Positions 24,363 to 38,384 of a stretch of DNA of 64,000 bases are shown piece after piece. The translations under genes and the position numbers were made by a program. The DNA is from Paraspadella gotoi (lineage: Eukaryota > Animalia > Chaetognatha). The stretch's first letter is position 1, and each line of letters begins with the position of its first letter. The stretch lies in NCBI GenBank assembly GCA_051294375.1, contig CM119266.1, positions 1 to 64,000 of the forward strand. The letters run 5' to 3'. The notes beneath the pieces are model-generated. The model saw only the letters and a program-made list of their open reading frames with translations, made no database searches and was not told where the DNA came from.

Positions 24363-25165
24363 CATGGTAACAATTTTACAAGCGCCGGTAGAAATATGCT
24401 GTCATTTGTAAAGCAGTGGTTATTTCATTGATTTTAAAAATTAGTTGAGTAGAAAATACTAAAATTATTTATGTGTTAAAATTTTATATTGATCAGTTAA
24501 GATATGCCTTGACAATGAGTGGAGAAAGTTGGCTTTTCAAATCGGGTTTCATTTTCAAACTCACTGTTTTTAAATTCATTTTTTTTTAACTTTTAGCACT
24601 TTTTTAAACAAAGTATTTATTAAAATATTAACAATGTTAATATCCTCAAAAAAAATATGAAGAGAATGATATACTTACGAAAGCTCTAACATAAAAAGTG
24701 AGCTCCCAGCCTTGGTTCAATTAAGAGAATTATTTAAAATTTTAAATCTTTTTTCAAAATATATGACCCGTTTAAATTATTATAACATAAAATATTATTA
24801 TTTATATAAGTATCATGAAAGAGCATAAGAAAAAAGGATTTAAGATAGCCATTCACAATTTGATAAATATTATAAATTTACTCTCCAGCTATTGATTTTT
24901 AAAAATATGTCTCGTTTTTGAGTATCCTAATTAAATTAAAGCTGGGCCAGTTAAATTTTATACTACAGTATTTATAAGTATGTCATTCTTTTTAGATTTG
25001 AAAGGGCTTTCAGAGGATAATAAAATTAATAATATTTTATTTCAAATTTCTTCAGAAAACTTACTGAAAGTAAGAGAAAAAAATTGAATTTAAAAAAAGT
25101 GAGTTAGAAAATGAAACCCGATTTTACAAGCCAACTTTCTCCACTCATTGTCAAGGCATATCTAA
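24363..25165. mobile_element. Truncated copy of the 38385-39347 MITE
   Basis: Begins tacatggtaacaattttacaagcgccgg; internal sequence is the reverse complement of the 38.6-39.1 kb body; second TIR incomplete. Confidence 0.8.
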
Positions 25166-25651
25166 GAATTTAGGATTTAAAAAAAAAAATTTTAATTAGG
25201 TTAATACTCTCAGAAAAAAAAAATTACAAAAATATTTTAATCCTATAATCTATGCTCATGATAGATTATTTTAACGCTGTATAGTGTATACATTAGCATT
25301 TAAATTTCATCGGCTATGGCTACTAGTAGCTTTGTAAAATATTTTCGCGATTTTGTCATCGCCTCTTTCGTCGGGCAAAGTTGCAAACAGCCTCGTTAGC
25401 TTTGCAAACAGCCTCGTTATATATGCAAACAGCCGGTGGCGATTCTCGGCGAGAAAAGAGAAAGAAAATCAGCGACGGAAGTTCATTCGGGGACGCGTGA
25501 CCGGGAGGCGACGACGAGGATGACGACGACAACGACGATGATTATGGCCCTGACAAACTACAGACGGACGAAGTGACGGACTGACCTCTAGAGAGAAAAA
25601 CAAAACTAATAAAAGTACTGTAAAACAGCTATTTGGACGGGCTTTGGTGGT

Positions 25652-28600
25652 TTAAGCTTTCAAGACTCTTACAGTCTCGTTTATTCACTCCCAGAGTACT
25701 TGGCTTCCCTATCAATGAAGTGGTATAATATTTCAAAGAATGTTTCAATTGTATGAAAAGACCACTCCCTTAAGTATTATTTTACTTTTTAATTTCTCCA
25801 GACTGTAAAAGACTGAGTGGGAGAAAAAATATATTAAAAGGATTCAACAATTTTTTTTGTAGCTTGTACAAATTATTTAGTATTTTACTTTTATTGCAAC
25901 TTTTATTTTACTTTTATTGTCAATGAAAATATTACCAACTGTTACTAATAATTTATATTAGTAGCTTACTAGTAAAGTTGATTTGGTTTATTTCTGGTTG
26001 ATTGATTAGATTTATTACAAGAGACGGGCCCGAAAGCCATGAGTCGCACTTACAAAAGATCAAACCGTTTACAAATAATCACAAGTGGTGACAATGTCGT
26101 ACTCGTAATCAAAACTATAGTTACAAATGATCACAAATTAGAGTTCACAACTTTTATAGCTCATTGTTTACGATCCGAAATCGGTTTTCAATTTAAATCA
26201 TGCTCGACGAAAACCCTCGTCACAAAGAATTAGGTCGTTGATTTTATTTAATTAATTTTATATTAACTACTTAAAAAGTCAATAACAAAGGCAAAGGCCA
26301 AAGCCAAAGCCAAAGGCCAAAGCCCCGAAAATTCTCTTTTAAAAAAGGCTTGCGCTTTTGTTCATCTCGCAAAATTCATTCGGATAGAGCTGACATCTGT
26401 AATTAAATTCGTGTCGAAATAACAAAATAGCACTCAAAGCCGTATAGAATATAAAATACAAAGAAATCCCCGAATTTAAAAAAATATTAATTTTGTCATA
26501 AAAGCTTGATGACATAAAGTTAATAGAATTGAACACAGACTTTTAAACAGATATAAACGCAAGCACATATGAGAGCTATCAAAAGAAAGAACAGTCAGAG
26601 CCAGAGAACGAGAGAGACAGCTCAGAGGCAACCAATCGATCAATTCCCGGTCAGTCGCCAAAAATAGGGGGGTGGGCCCCGAAAATGTCGCCAGGAGGAG
26701 GAGAATAGATCAGTTAAAATCGAAGGGTAGGAAGAAGAGAAAAGCCCTCTTCTCGGCGAATTAATGACCTTCCATCTGCGGGTATTTAAACGTTTTACAA
26801 TAAACTTCTCTGCAATTTTTTTTCAGTTTAAATAAAATGTTAAAAATGAGCAGCATTTTTAACAATCTTTCTTGCGGGTCAACTGTTGACCGTCAACGTT
26901 CAAATTTAATTCATTTAATTATTGGGGCTTGTGTATTCTTTTTATTACTTTTATTAAATTTACGTTGTATTTGATCTCTTTTTTTTACTTTTCTATTTTA
27001 TCATTCTTTTCCTTTCCTTTCCTTTCCTTTCCTTTCCTTTCCTTTCCTTTCCTTTCCTTTCCTTTCCTTTCCTTTCCTTTCCTTTCCTTTCCTTTCCTTT
27101 CCTTTCCTTTCCTTTCCTACTATCTCGAATACTCCACTTAATCATATTATGCCCGTGGATGTTTCTTCTTTTCCTCGAGCATGGTGCGTGTCTTTTCTGC
27201 CCACGGCCGATTCTTTGTGCTCCGCACGTGTTGAGTCATGGATGACGTCATTTTAGGATAACGTCATTGCTAATTTATATTTCGACTTCGTAATTCTTGA
27301 TTATAATACATATTTAATTTTTTTAAACCTTATTTATACGGTATTTTTTATAAAAAAAAATTTTTTGACGACTGAATGCAAATTTTGGATGTCGTTAATG
27401 ACGCCATCTATTGACGTCTTAAGTCGCGTGAATGACGTCAAATTCTTGATGACGTCAGAAAGCTGACCCAACTGCAACCTGGCGATGTTTTCAATAAGAG
27501 GTACGGCTCGTATACAATTATCAGTAAGCGCAGTCGGGGATCAAACAACTCAACCTATGTAAGTGGCAACGAAAAAAAAAAGTAAAAAAAAGTAAAATGG
27601 AGAGACGGGAGTCAAACCGAAATCAAGAAGGAGATAAGAGGGAAAGAGCTGGATAAAAAAGAGATAGAAGAAGAAAGGAAGGAGAGAAGAGAATTCAAAG
27701 AGAGAAGGAGAGAAGAGAATATGAAGGAACGGAGAAGGAGAGAAGAAGGAAGCCGCACGCGCGTTCTAGGTCGTGTCGACCCTGAGGGGTTCATGCCTGG
27801 CGAGGCGAACAACAACAACAACAACGAAACAAGTACAATACATTGACATGAAAATATAATAAACATATATATATTTTTATTATACTATATATTTTGTTTA
27901 TAGTAATTCGATACAATCAATTTTTATTGTTGTTATTGTTGTTGTTATTGACGACCACCGACAAAAGCCACCTCTGTTTTGGAGCTGCCACTTTTAGTTT
28001 TGTTTTTATGTCAATTACTAAATACAAAAGATAAAATATACATGAATCGGTTGCCTTTCATTAAAATCGTAGCAGGACTTCAAACGGACTTCAAACTGGA
28101 GTGATACGAAAGAACTTGTAATAAAATTGGTACAACCGATGTTAATTTATATATACAGGGTAGTGATTCAAAACTTTAAAAAAATCCGTATCACTTCATC
28201 CTTTTTTTAATTTTGTGACACATCGGATACATTTAAAGAAAAAAAATTAATTTATGATATTTAACAAGACCTTGTTCTAACTATTAATACAATGCGACAA
28301 GCACTGCTGCAAAAACCACTCCTGCTACAGCACCCAAAAGAATCACAGCTGCTCTTCATAAACGCTTCTGAAAGATTGAGCCACAGCTCGTAGACGGTTT
28401 ACCCTATGCAATTGATATTTTGGTTGAAAGTCATATGGGTCACCCCCTTTAAAACGCCCTTCTTAGCACAGTTTAGGGGAATTAGATGTGGGTATTATCA
28501 GGCCGGAAAATCATTTGGTCAAAAATGAAAATGTTGCTGCAGCCGAAATCTTTATTTTTTTCAGCTGTATATAACAATGCCCTTTGCTACAGCAATATAT

Positions 28601-29688
28601 AATAACCTCAAGAGTATTGGCTCTTTATACATGTCAAGAAATGGAATCTCAGAACAATATAATAGTCTGCAGCAATGAATTTTTGCCCAGTAGAAAAAAT
28701 GTAAGGAAGTATTTATCTTTCATCTGATGCTGCAGTAGATTACATTAAGCGATTTACTTGATATTTTATACAGAGAGTCCCAACTACATCAGTTATTGAT
28801 TTCATAAGTTCACAAAGATGGCACTCTATCAGAGTGGCCCCTACAGTGTAAACTTAAGAAAAAAAGAAATTTTTACAGCATCTTAAAATTGCTTTTAATA
28901 ATTAAGGTTAAAATAAGTCTTGTTGAACTGCGGCAGTTTAATGGCCATAGGATAGTAAATATAAGATGTCCTAGTAAATATTTCTAAATGGAGTTCTTCA
29001 TTTGCTCTCTTTAGAATTTTTCTTTTAGCATAGAAATGAGCTACTAGCGTACATATTGTTGGTTTTGAGTACGCTACAATTGCTACCTACAGCATCCTTA
29101 TAAATGGCCCTCATCGACTCGGGCTTGAGCGCACGGATTCCAGACTTATTCCTATTCTTAATAGCCTTCTTAATTATATAACATACAGCTAGGGAACATT
29201 AACATAATTAGTAGTGGTTTTAAGCTCTAAACCGGCGCAGAGCAAATTCAACCAATGGCAATGTTGCATTCTTTTTAGTAGCGCAGTGCATTGTAAAAGC
29301 ATGAGGAAAATAAAACCTATATCAGAAAGAGAAAACATCAGTCATTATTTTAGTGTAGACATTCAATAACTTTTTGCCTATAAAATCTGATGGTAAATAC
29401 TATTCTAAGTTTTGATACACTACCCTGTATATACATGTATACAGTGTATATACATGGTGACAATTTTACAAGCGCCGGTAGAAATACGCTGTCGATTTGC
29501 AAACCAGTGGTTATTTCATTGATTTTAAAATTTAGTTGAGTAGAAAATACTAAAACTATTTTGTGTTAAAATTTTATATTGATCAGTTAAGATATGCCTT
29601 GACAATGAGTGGAGAAAGTTGGCTTGTAAAATCGGGTTTCATTTCCAACTCACTTTTTTTAGATTCAATTTTTTTCTCTTATTTCAGT
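25652..29688 (+). repeat. ~4 kb duplicated block, copy 1
   Basis: Near-identical to 33976-38622; differences mostly single-base homopolymer indels. Confidence 0.95.
28156..29427 (-). mobile_element. Decayed Tc1/mariner-superfamily transposon
   Basis: TA-flanked TIRs cagggtagtgattcaaaactt / aagttttgatacactaccctg; eroded WPxNSPDLNPLD-like motif (WPDN.PHLIPLN) on minus strand near 28470-28505. Confidence 0.7.
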
Positions 29689-29881
29689 CAGGGTTGTGGA
29701 GCTGGCCATTTTTTCTCCAGCTCCAGCTCCAACTCCAGCTCCGGCCAAAAATTTTTTCCAGCTCCAGCTCCAGCTCCGGCTCCATCCTAAATTTTTTTCC
29801 AGCTCCGACTCCAGCTCCAGCTCCACTAAAAAATTTTTGAGACAGCTCCAGCTCCCGCTCCGGCCTCCCAGCTCCGACCCT
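29689..29881. mobile_element. Small hAT-like MITE with (GCTCCA)n repeats
   Basis: cagggttgtggagctgg ... ccagctccgaccct imperfect TIRs, internal gctcca hexamers; sits where duplicated block copy 1 ends. Confidence 0.55.
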
Positions 29882-30349
29882 TTAAAGTTTAATGATTAAT
29901 GTTACTTATATTTAAATTAGTTCTAATTTTATTATTTACTTATTATAACTTATTATTTGCTTATATTTAAATAATAATAATTTAATTAATTCATGTATGA
30001 AATAATTTGATAATTCATTTAGTTAATAATAATTATGTATTTTTTAATATTTAATGTGATGAGAACACGATTTGTGACTTAAATGTAGACAAGGAGTATA
30101 AGAGAGTAAGAGATAAACATTTACTCCCCACATAATTATTAGTTTATTTACTTTATATAAAATAACATTTATCTAAAATTTTACTTTTACATTTTAAAAT
30201 ATTTTGATTATTTATCAGGATTTACTATCTTGAGTTTAAGGCTCAGTATATTCATGAGTTATGCTGCATTGAATTCTGATGTCATGTGATCACCTGTTTA
30301 AGGTGATCATGAAAAGTAGGATACTTATGCACGTTAAAGGTCTTTACCT

Positions 30350-31010
30350 TAACCTTACCTTACCATCTGACCACCAAACACGACATAAAAGGTGGCTACA
30401 TTAGAGAAGGGGGATAGGTCTCACTCCAATGCCAAGGAACCAAGGACAAACTTTAGCCCGCCATTGTCTTAAGGCAAGAAGAGGGCAGCCGGCAACATAT
30501 CAGGTCAGATGAAGTAGCCCAAGGCATTTTTCCAGAGGTCCATAAAGTCTGGGAACTCAAGATCCAAATGACCTATGACATGACCTATGAATGACCTATG
30601 ACCTAGTGACCCGGTCCACATCGTCACTGCTTTCCTTTGGTCCAGAAGCGGGGGGCCAGCTCTTTCTTCTCTTATTTTTTACTAACTCTCTTCTCTTTAA
30701 TGTCGTTTATTGTTACTTTACAATTTATTATTTCAAATGATAATGTTTGCAAACTTAAATTGCTAATATATATTAACTTATCCAACTATCTCTCTTTCTT
30801 TCTCCCTCACTCTTTAGTACTATATTCTAAACCTGTCTTTAACCTCCCACTGTCTTTTTCTTATTTTTGGAAACTCTCTCTCTCTCCCCTCTTGTCACGT
30901 TTTTCACACTACGCAAACCTTATAATTTGGCAAAAAATTTTCACAAATGATTTTATTAATTTTTGCGCGCTATTATGAAGACTTACATCTAAAGTTTAAA
31001 ATTTTCATTT
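30350..31010 (+). mobile_element. Decayed Penelope-like element 3' remnant
   Basis: agaagagggcag..ggcatttttccag (RRGQ..GIFP), ggggggccagctc, pyrimidine tract, eroded hammerhead atgaagactt..aaagtt at ~30975. Confidence 0.55.
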
Positions 31011-31139
31011 TTCTCCTTTTCAAAATAAATTTGTTGCATAAACAAAACAAGAACGGTCTATCCAATGTTTTGCCGCGCCCACGTGACTTCTCTTTTCAGT
31101 GTGTATTTCCATGTGATCAAATGATTAGAAAATTAGTTT

Positions 31140-31973
31140 AAAAACAAGTTTGAGCAAACAATGTCGGATCTGCCCACAATATTATCGGGTAATAATTAAT
31201 TAAATAATTAATTAATTAATTAATTATTTTATTTAATGTAATAATTAATTTATTCAAGTTAATTATATTAATTAATTATGCAATTAATTTGATCCAAAAT
31301 GTTTGTTTTGATTGATTAATTAATTATTGATTAGTTAATTGACTAATTGATTGATTAATTAATTATGATTATTTGATTAATTATTACATCTTGCATTTAC
31401 ATTTAAAAAAAGAAATAAGAAGCATAATCAATTAGTGAAACAGGTTCTTTGTTTTTTTCATTTAAACTCATTTCCACTCAAACCGATTCTATGCGAAACT
31501 TGATTTCCAGTTTTAATCACACACTTTTCTACCCAAATACAAAATTTCGAAATCAATCGCCCCATCCACTCATGAGTAATTGGTGTTCAAGGGATAGTGA
31601 AATATATTTTTTGTTTTTTAGCCGTGGATTTAAACTCATTTCCACTCGGACGATTCTATCGGAAACTTCATATCCAGCTCAATCACGACACCTCCCTACC
31701 CACGCACAACAAAATTTCATTCCAACCATTTATCCAACTCACGAGCTAATTGGTAGTTTTTTGCTAAAGGTGGGACGACGGATGGACGGATACAGAAAGG
31801 GACCAAACATACGACGACATCGTTTTTTTGTACATAACATTATCAGATTAATTCGATGTTTTGACATGATAGTAAACAGCAATGCCCAAACAAGATTGAG
31901 GGGGCGGACCGATGGACCAGGAAAGGTGGAATATATCGATCCGTATCTGCTGAAAGCAGGAGCCGACTAAAAA
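31140..31973 (-). mobile_element. HINE-like family A copy
   Basis: Reverse complement of the 59852-60635 element, both termini present. Confidence 0.75.
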
Positions 31974-33554
31974 GTTTGTATGGTTGATCACTACTGTGCA
32001 AAGTTTCATTACAAACAACCAGAACATTACAAGAAATATACGGTGAGTTCGGGGTTCCAGCTCTACACTATATGACAGTATGTGTCAACTGACTACACAA
32101 GTATGAAAACACATGCACAAGAAGCATTTAGTAATGACTTACCAGTCTGCCAAGTATTACCTAAAAAAAATTTTTTAGCCCGTGTATTTATGCATCAATA
32201 GTAGTATTATCTTTATAAAATAAGAAATTCAAAATAAATTTTTCTTTAATTTTATTAATGTTTCAGATTTTTCGTGTAAAAGATTAGACCAAAAATATAA
32301 ACTCATTATCCATAAAATTTTTTTGTCTTCCAAGAGAGTCAGAATAGAATTGAGAAAAAAGGGTCAAATTATACTCTTTAACTCTCTGAAATAGTAACTA
32401 CAGGTGTCAGCCAATAAGGTACAGTCAGTTAACTTTACATTATGTGGCGAACTGCTGTGTATTAGAATGTTAGTTTCATCTCTCTCGATTACTATTTATA
32501 TATATANNNNNNNNNNNNNNNNNNNNNNNNNTTGTTTGTTTATAAATAAATATCAATCTAGTAATAGGGGGATTAAGAAAAAACATATTAAATAGTGTCA
32601 CTTTTTCAGTGTCTCTTTTTGGTTAGGACTTTTTAGGTCAGGAGAATTGCAGAAAATCTTTATACTTGCCTATTTGGTTTGTATATATAATCCCCAGTAC
32701 TATTTATTAATGGTTTTTGATTATTTAAATAAAAAAATGATTTGAATTGCTTGTCTTCTGTGGTCTCTCTGTGTCTCTTGTGTCTCTCTCTCTCTCTCTC
32801 TAGACGATCTCTTGCGTGATCGTTCGTTTTTTTCAATACAAAATCCAAATTTACATCTGAGATTTTCGTGAAATTTTTTGAGAAAATGTGAGAATAACTT
32901 ACTTGACCTGCATTTCGTGCCGTTGCGGGCAACGAGTAAATTTGTCGAGGAACATGACCTAATAACGCGTTTTGATGGCAACGCAAAAAATCAACTTGAC
33001 CGAGATCACGCAGCCGTGCGAGCAACGGATAACCGATATAAACGAAGAGTGACTAATATCGTTCGTTGGCGGAAAACTCTCTCTCTCTATCTCTTTTTTT
33101 TACAAAAAAAATTTTGTATTCCTTTTTTTTTACCACCGTCACTAGGTGATAAATGTTATGCCTTACCCTTTATATATTTCTCTCTCTCTCTCTCTCTCTC
33201 TTCTCACTCACGATATCTGAGTTAGTTTTAGCGGTCTTTGCATGGCGTTGTCAATTTTTAGAGAGAGAGAGAGAGAGACGTTCTTGGTAGTTCTGTTTTA
33301 AGACTCACCATTTAACCTTTTGCCCGTTCCGATATTGGTTTTACGGGATTTTTCTGTACAATAAAGTTTCTCTCTTTCTGCTTATTCATCGTGACTTTTT
33401 ATTCATGATCTATCTCGAGATTCAGCGAAACATTCAGTCGGAATCTCCTCGTCAAACTTCAAGGTACGAGCAACGTCTCGAACGCGCGAACTCCGGGGCG
33501 TCAAGTCGAAAACAACTTCAACGAGTAAAACGAGTTCCGGCTCACTCTTTTTCT

Positions 33555-33624
<70 letters not shown>

Positions 33625-36520
33625 ATCATCGCATCAATATTTTGTTATCATCGCATCAATATTTGGTTATCATTGAAGGCAGGCTCGGTCCTTTTTTAAA
33701 GATTTTTTTTCTTATCGAAAAAAATACGGTAAAGGTTATTTTTAAACGTGGAAAGATTCACTGATTCTGACTCATAACATCTTCTCATCACTGTATGGTA
33801 GTGGAACTATTACTGTAAACTCGGAAGTGCAGTGTATTTATTTTTTCAAAAGTTTTTTTTTCGATTTCTATCCACCTGTCACAGTCTCGGTGCTCTAACT
33901 TCGGATAATGATTGTTAAGGGATATGGGTTTTCCATGCAAACTATCACGAATTAACAGAATTGATTCTCCTCCCCTTAAGCTTTCAAGACTCTTACAGTC
34001 TCGTTTATTCACTCCCAGAGTACTTGGCTTCCCTATCAATGAAGTGGTATAATATTTCAAAGAATGTTTCAATTGTATGAAAAGACCACTCCCTTAAGTA
34101 TTATTTTACTTTTTAATTTCTCCAGACTGTAAAAGACTGAGTGGGAGAAAAAATATATTAAAAGGATTCAACAATTTTTTTTGTAGCTTGTACAAATTAT
34201 TTTAGTATTTTTACTTTTATTGCAACTTTTATTTTACTTTTATTGTCAATGAAAATATTACCAACTGTTACTAATAATTTATATTAGTAGCTTACTAGTA
34301 AAGTTGATTTGGTTTATTTCTGGTTGATTGATTAGATTTTATTACAAGAGACGGGCCCGAAAGCCATGAGTCGCACTTACAAAAGATCAAACCGTTTACA
34401 AATAATCACAAGTGGTGACAATGTCGTACTCGTAATCAAAACTATAGTTACAAATGATCACAAATTAGAGTTCACAACTTTTATAGCTCATTGTTTACGA
34501 TCCGAAATCGGTTTTTCAATTTAAATCATGCTCGACGAAAACCCTCGTCACAAAGAATTAGGTCGTTGATTTTATTTAATTAATTTTATATTAACTACTT
34601 AAAAAGTCAATAACAAAGGCAAAGGCCAAAGCCAAAGCAAAGGCCAAAGCCCGAAAAATTCTCTTTTAAAAAAGGCTTGCGCTTTTGTTCATCTCGCAAA
34701 TTCATTCGGATAGAGCTGACATCTGTAATTAAATTCGTGTCGAAATAACAAAATAGCACTCAAAGCCGTATAGAATATAAAATACAAAGAAATCCCGAAT
34801 TTAAAAAAATATTAATTTTGTCATAAAAGCTTGATGACATAAAGTTAATAGAATTGAACACAGACTTTTAAAACAGATATAAACGAAGCACATATGAGAG
34901 CTATCAAAGAAAGAACAGTCAGAGCCAGAGAACGAGAGAGACAGCTCAGAGGCAACCAATCGATCAATTCCCGGTCAGTCGCCAAAAATAGGGGGGTGGG
35001 CCCCGAAAATTCGCCAGGAGGAGGAGAATAGATCAGTTAAAATCGAAGGGTAGGAAGAAGAGAAAAGCCCTCTTCTCGGCGAATTAATGACCTTCCATCT
35101 GCGGGTATTTAAACGTTTTACAATAAACTTCTCTGCAATTTTTTTTCAGTTTAAATAAAATGTAAAATGAGCAGCATTTTTAACAATCTTTCTTGCGGGT
35201 CAACTGTTGACCGTCAACGTTCAAATTTAATTCATTTAATTATTGGGGCTTGTGTATTCTTTTTATTACTTTTATTAAATTTACGTTGTATTTGATCTCT
35301 TTTTTTTACTTTTCTATTTATCATTCTTTTCCTTTCCTTTCCTTTCCTTTTCCTTTCCTTTCCTTTCCTTTCCTTTCTTTCCTTTCTTCCTTTCCTTTCC
35401 TTCCTTTCCTTTCCTTTCCTTTCCTTTTCCTTTCCTTTCCTTTCCTTTCCTTTCCTTTCCTTTCCTTTCCTTTTCCTTTCCTTTCCTACTATCTCGAATA
35501 CTCCACTTAATCATATTATGCCCGTGGATGTTTCTTCTTTTCCTCGAGCATGGTGCGTGTCTTTTCTGCCCACGGCCGATTCTTTGTGCTCCGCACGTGT
35601 TGAGTCATGGATGACGTCATTTTAGGATAACGTCATTGCTAATTTATATTTCGACTTCGTAATTCTTGATTATAATACATATTTAATTTTTTTAAACCTT
35701 ATTTATACGGTATTTTTTATAAAAAAAAATTTTTTGACGACTGAATGCAAATTTTGGATGTCGTTAATGACGCCATCTATTGACGTCTTAAGTCGCGTGA
35801 ATGACGTCAAATTCTTTGATGACGTCAGAAAGCTGACCCAACTGCAACCTGGCGATGTTTTCAATAAGAGGTACGGCTCGTATACAATTATCAGTAAGCG
35901 CAGTCGGGGATCAAACAACTCAACCTATGTAAGTGGCAACGAAAAAAAAGTAAAAAAAAGTAAAATGGAGAGACGGGAGTCAAACCGAAATCAAGAAGGA
36001 GATAAGAGGGAAAGAGCTGGATAAAAAAGAGATAGAAGAAGAAAGGAAGGAGAGAAGAGAATTCAAGAGAGAAGGAGAGAAGAGAATATGAAGGAACGGA
36101 GAAGGAGAGAAGAAGGAAGCCGCACGCGCGTTCTGGTCGTGTCGACCCTGAGGGGTTCATGCCTGGCGAGGCGAACAAACAACAACAACAACGAAACAAG
36201 TACAATACATTGACATGAAAATATAATAAACATATATATATTTTTATTATACTATATATTTTGTTTATAGTAATTCGATACAATCAATTTTTATTGTTGT
36301 TATTGTTGTTGTTATTGACGACCACCGACAAAAGCCACCTCTGTTTTGGAGCTGCCACTTTTAGTTTTGTTTTTATTCAATTACTAAATACAAAAGATAA
36401 AATATACATGAATCGTTGCCTTTCATTAAAATCGTAGCAGGACTTCAAACGGACTTCAAACTGGAGTGATACGAAAGAACTTGTAATAAAATTGGTACAA
36501 CCGATGTTAATTTATATATA

Positions 36521-38359
36521 CAGGGTAGTGATTCAAAACTTTAAAAAAATCCGTATCACTTCATCCTTTTTTTAATTTTGTGACACATCGGATACATTTA
36601 AAGAAAAAAATTAATTTATGATATTTAACAAGACCTTGTTCTAACTATTAATACAATGCGACAAGCACTGCTGCAAAAACCACTCCTGCTACAGCACCAA
36701 AAGAATCACAGCTGCTCTTCATAAACGCTTCTGAAAGATTGAGCCACAGCTCGTAGACGGTTTACCCTATGCAATTGATATTTTGGTTGAAAGTCATATG
36801 GGTCACCCCCTTTAAAACGCCCTTCTTAGCACAGTTTAGGGGAATTAGATGTGGGTATTATCAGGCCGGAAAATCATTTGGTCAAAAATGAAATGTTGCT
36901 GCAGCCGAAATCTTTATTTTTTTCAGCTGTATATAACAATGCCCTTTGCTACAGCAATTATAATAACCTCAAGAGTATTGGCTCTTTATACATGTCAAGA
37001 AATGGAATCTCAGAACAATATAATAGACTGCAGTAGGACCATCCAGAATAATATAAAATTGACTATTAGCAAAGTATTTATTGTTGACTAAAATTTACAA
37101 TTATTCAAAAAAAATTATATATACGCTGATATACTTATATTACTTGTCTTTTTTAATTTTAAAAATTTTTAGAAATCAAAATTTTTTGATGGATTCTGAT
37201 AGAGCATTAAGTTAATAAGATATAATTAGCTTAAAATCACGTTTTCTATGTGAAAAAATAAAAAACTGATAAATCATCGAAAGATGATGATGATGATGAT
37301 TTTTTACGGTTTTTCTTATTTTTGACTCATTAGTCATTAAAAATATTTAATAAAAGAATTATACATTTGGTGTAGACAATTTTTCATGAGCTTTCTGAAT
37401 CTGGTTTAAAATTTACAACCAATATTAAAAAAATTTGCATTTCCTATTTATAAATAATATCCCTATTGACACTTGGTGTAACCCATATTAATTATTTTGG
37501 TATAGAGCCACATAAGAAATGTTTTGTCATTGGTATATAAAAATGTAAAATTTTCGTTTGAGCAATAATATTAAATTTTTGATACTCCATTGATGGTTAC
37601 CCTACTGCAGCAATGAATTTTTGCCCAGTAGAAAAAATGTAAGGAAGTATTATCTTCATCTGATGCTGCAGTAGATTACATTAAGCGATTACTTGATATT
37701 TTATACAGAGAGTCCCAACTACATCAGTTATTGATTTCATAAGTTCACAAAGAGGCACTCTATCAGAGTGGCCCCTACAGTGTAAACTTAAGAAAAAAAA
37801 GAAATTTTTACAGCATCTTAAAATTGCTTTTATAATTAAGGTTAAAATAAGTCTTGTTAAACTGTAGCAGTTTAATGGCCATAGGATAGTAAATATAAGA
37901 TGTCCTAGTAAATATTCTAAATGGAGTTCTTCATTTGCTCTCTTTAGAATTTTTCTTTTAGCATAGAAATGAGCTACTAGCGTACATATTGTTGGTTTTG
38001 AGTACGCTACAATTGCTACCTACAGCATCCTTATAAATGCCCTCATCGACTTCGGCTTGAGCGCACGGATTCCAGACTTATTCCTATTCTTAATAGCCTT
38101 CTTAATTATATAACATACAGCTAGGGAACATTAACATAATTAGTAGTGGTTTTAAGCTCTAAACCGGCGCAGAGCAAATTCAACCAATGGCAATGTTGCA
38201 TTCTTTTTAGTAGCGCAGTGCATTGTAAAAGCATGAGGAAAATAAAACCTATATCAGAAAGAGAAAACATCAGTCATTATTTTAGTGTAGACATTCAATA
38301 ACTTTTTGCCTATAAAATCTGATGGTAAATACTATTCTAAGTTTTGATACACTACCCTG
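36521..38359 (-). mobile_element. Second copy of the Tc1/mariner relic, interrupted by a 571-bp insertion
   Basis: Same TIRs and body as 28156-29427 plus insertion 37034-37604. Confidence 0.7.
37034..37604. mobile_element. Non-autonomous TIR element (TAGG...CCTA) flanked by CTGCAG duplication
   Basis: Absent from paralogous site at ~28667 (single ctgcag); here ctgcag-taggaccatc...gatggttacccta-ctgcag. Confidence 0.8.
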
Positions 38360-38384
38360 TATATACATGTATACAGTGTATATA

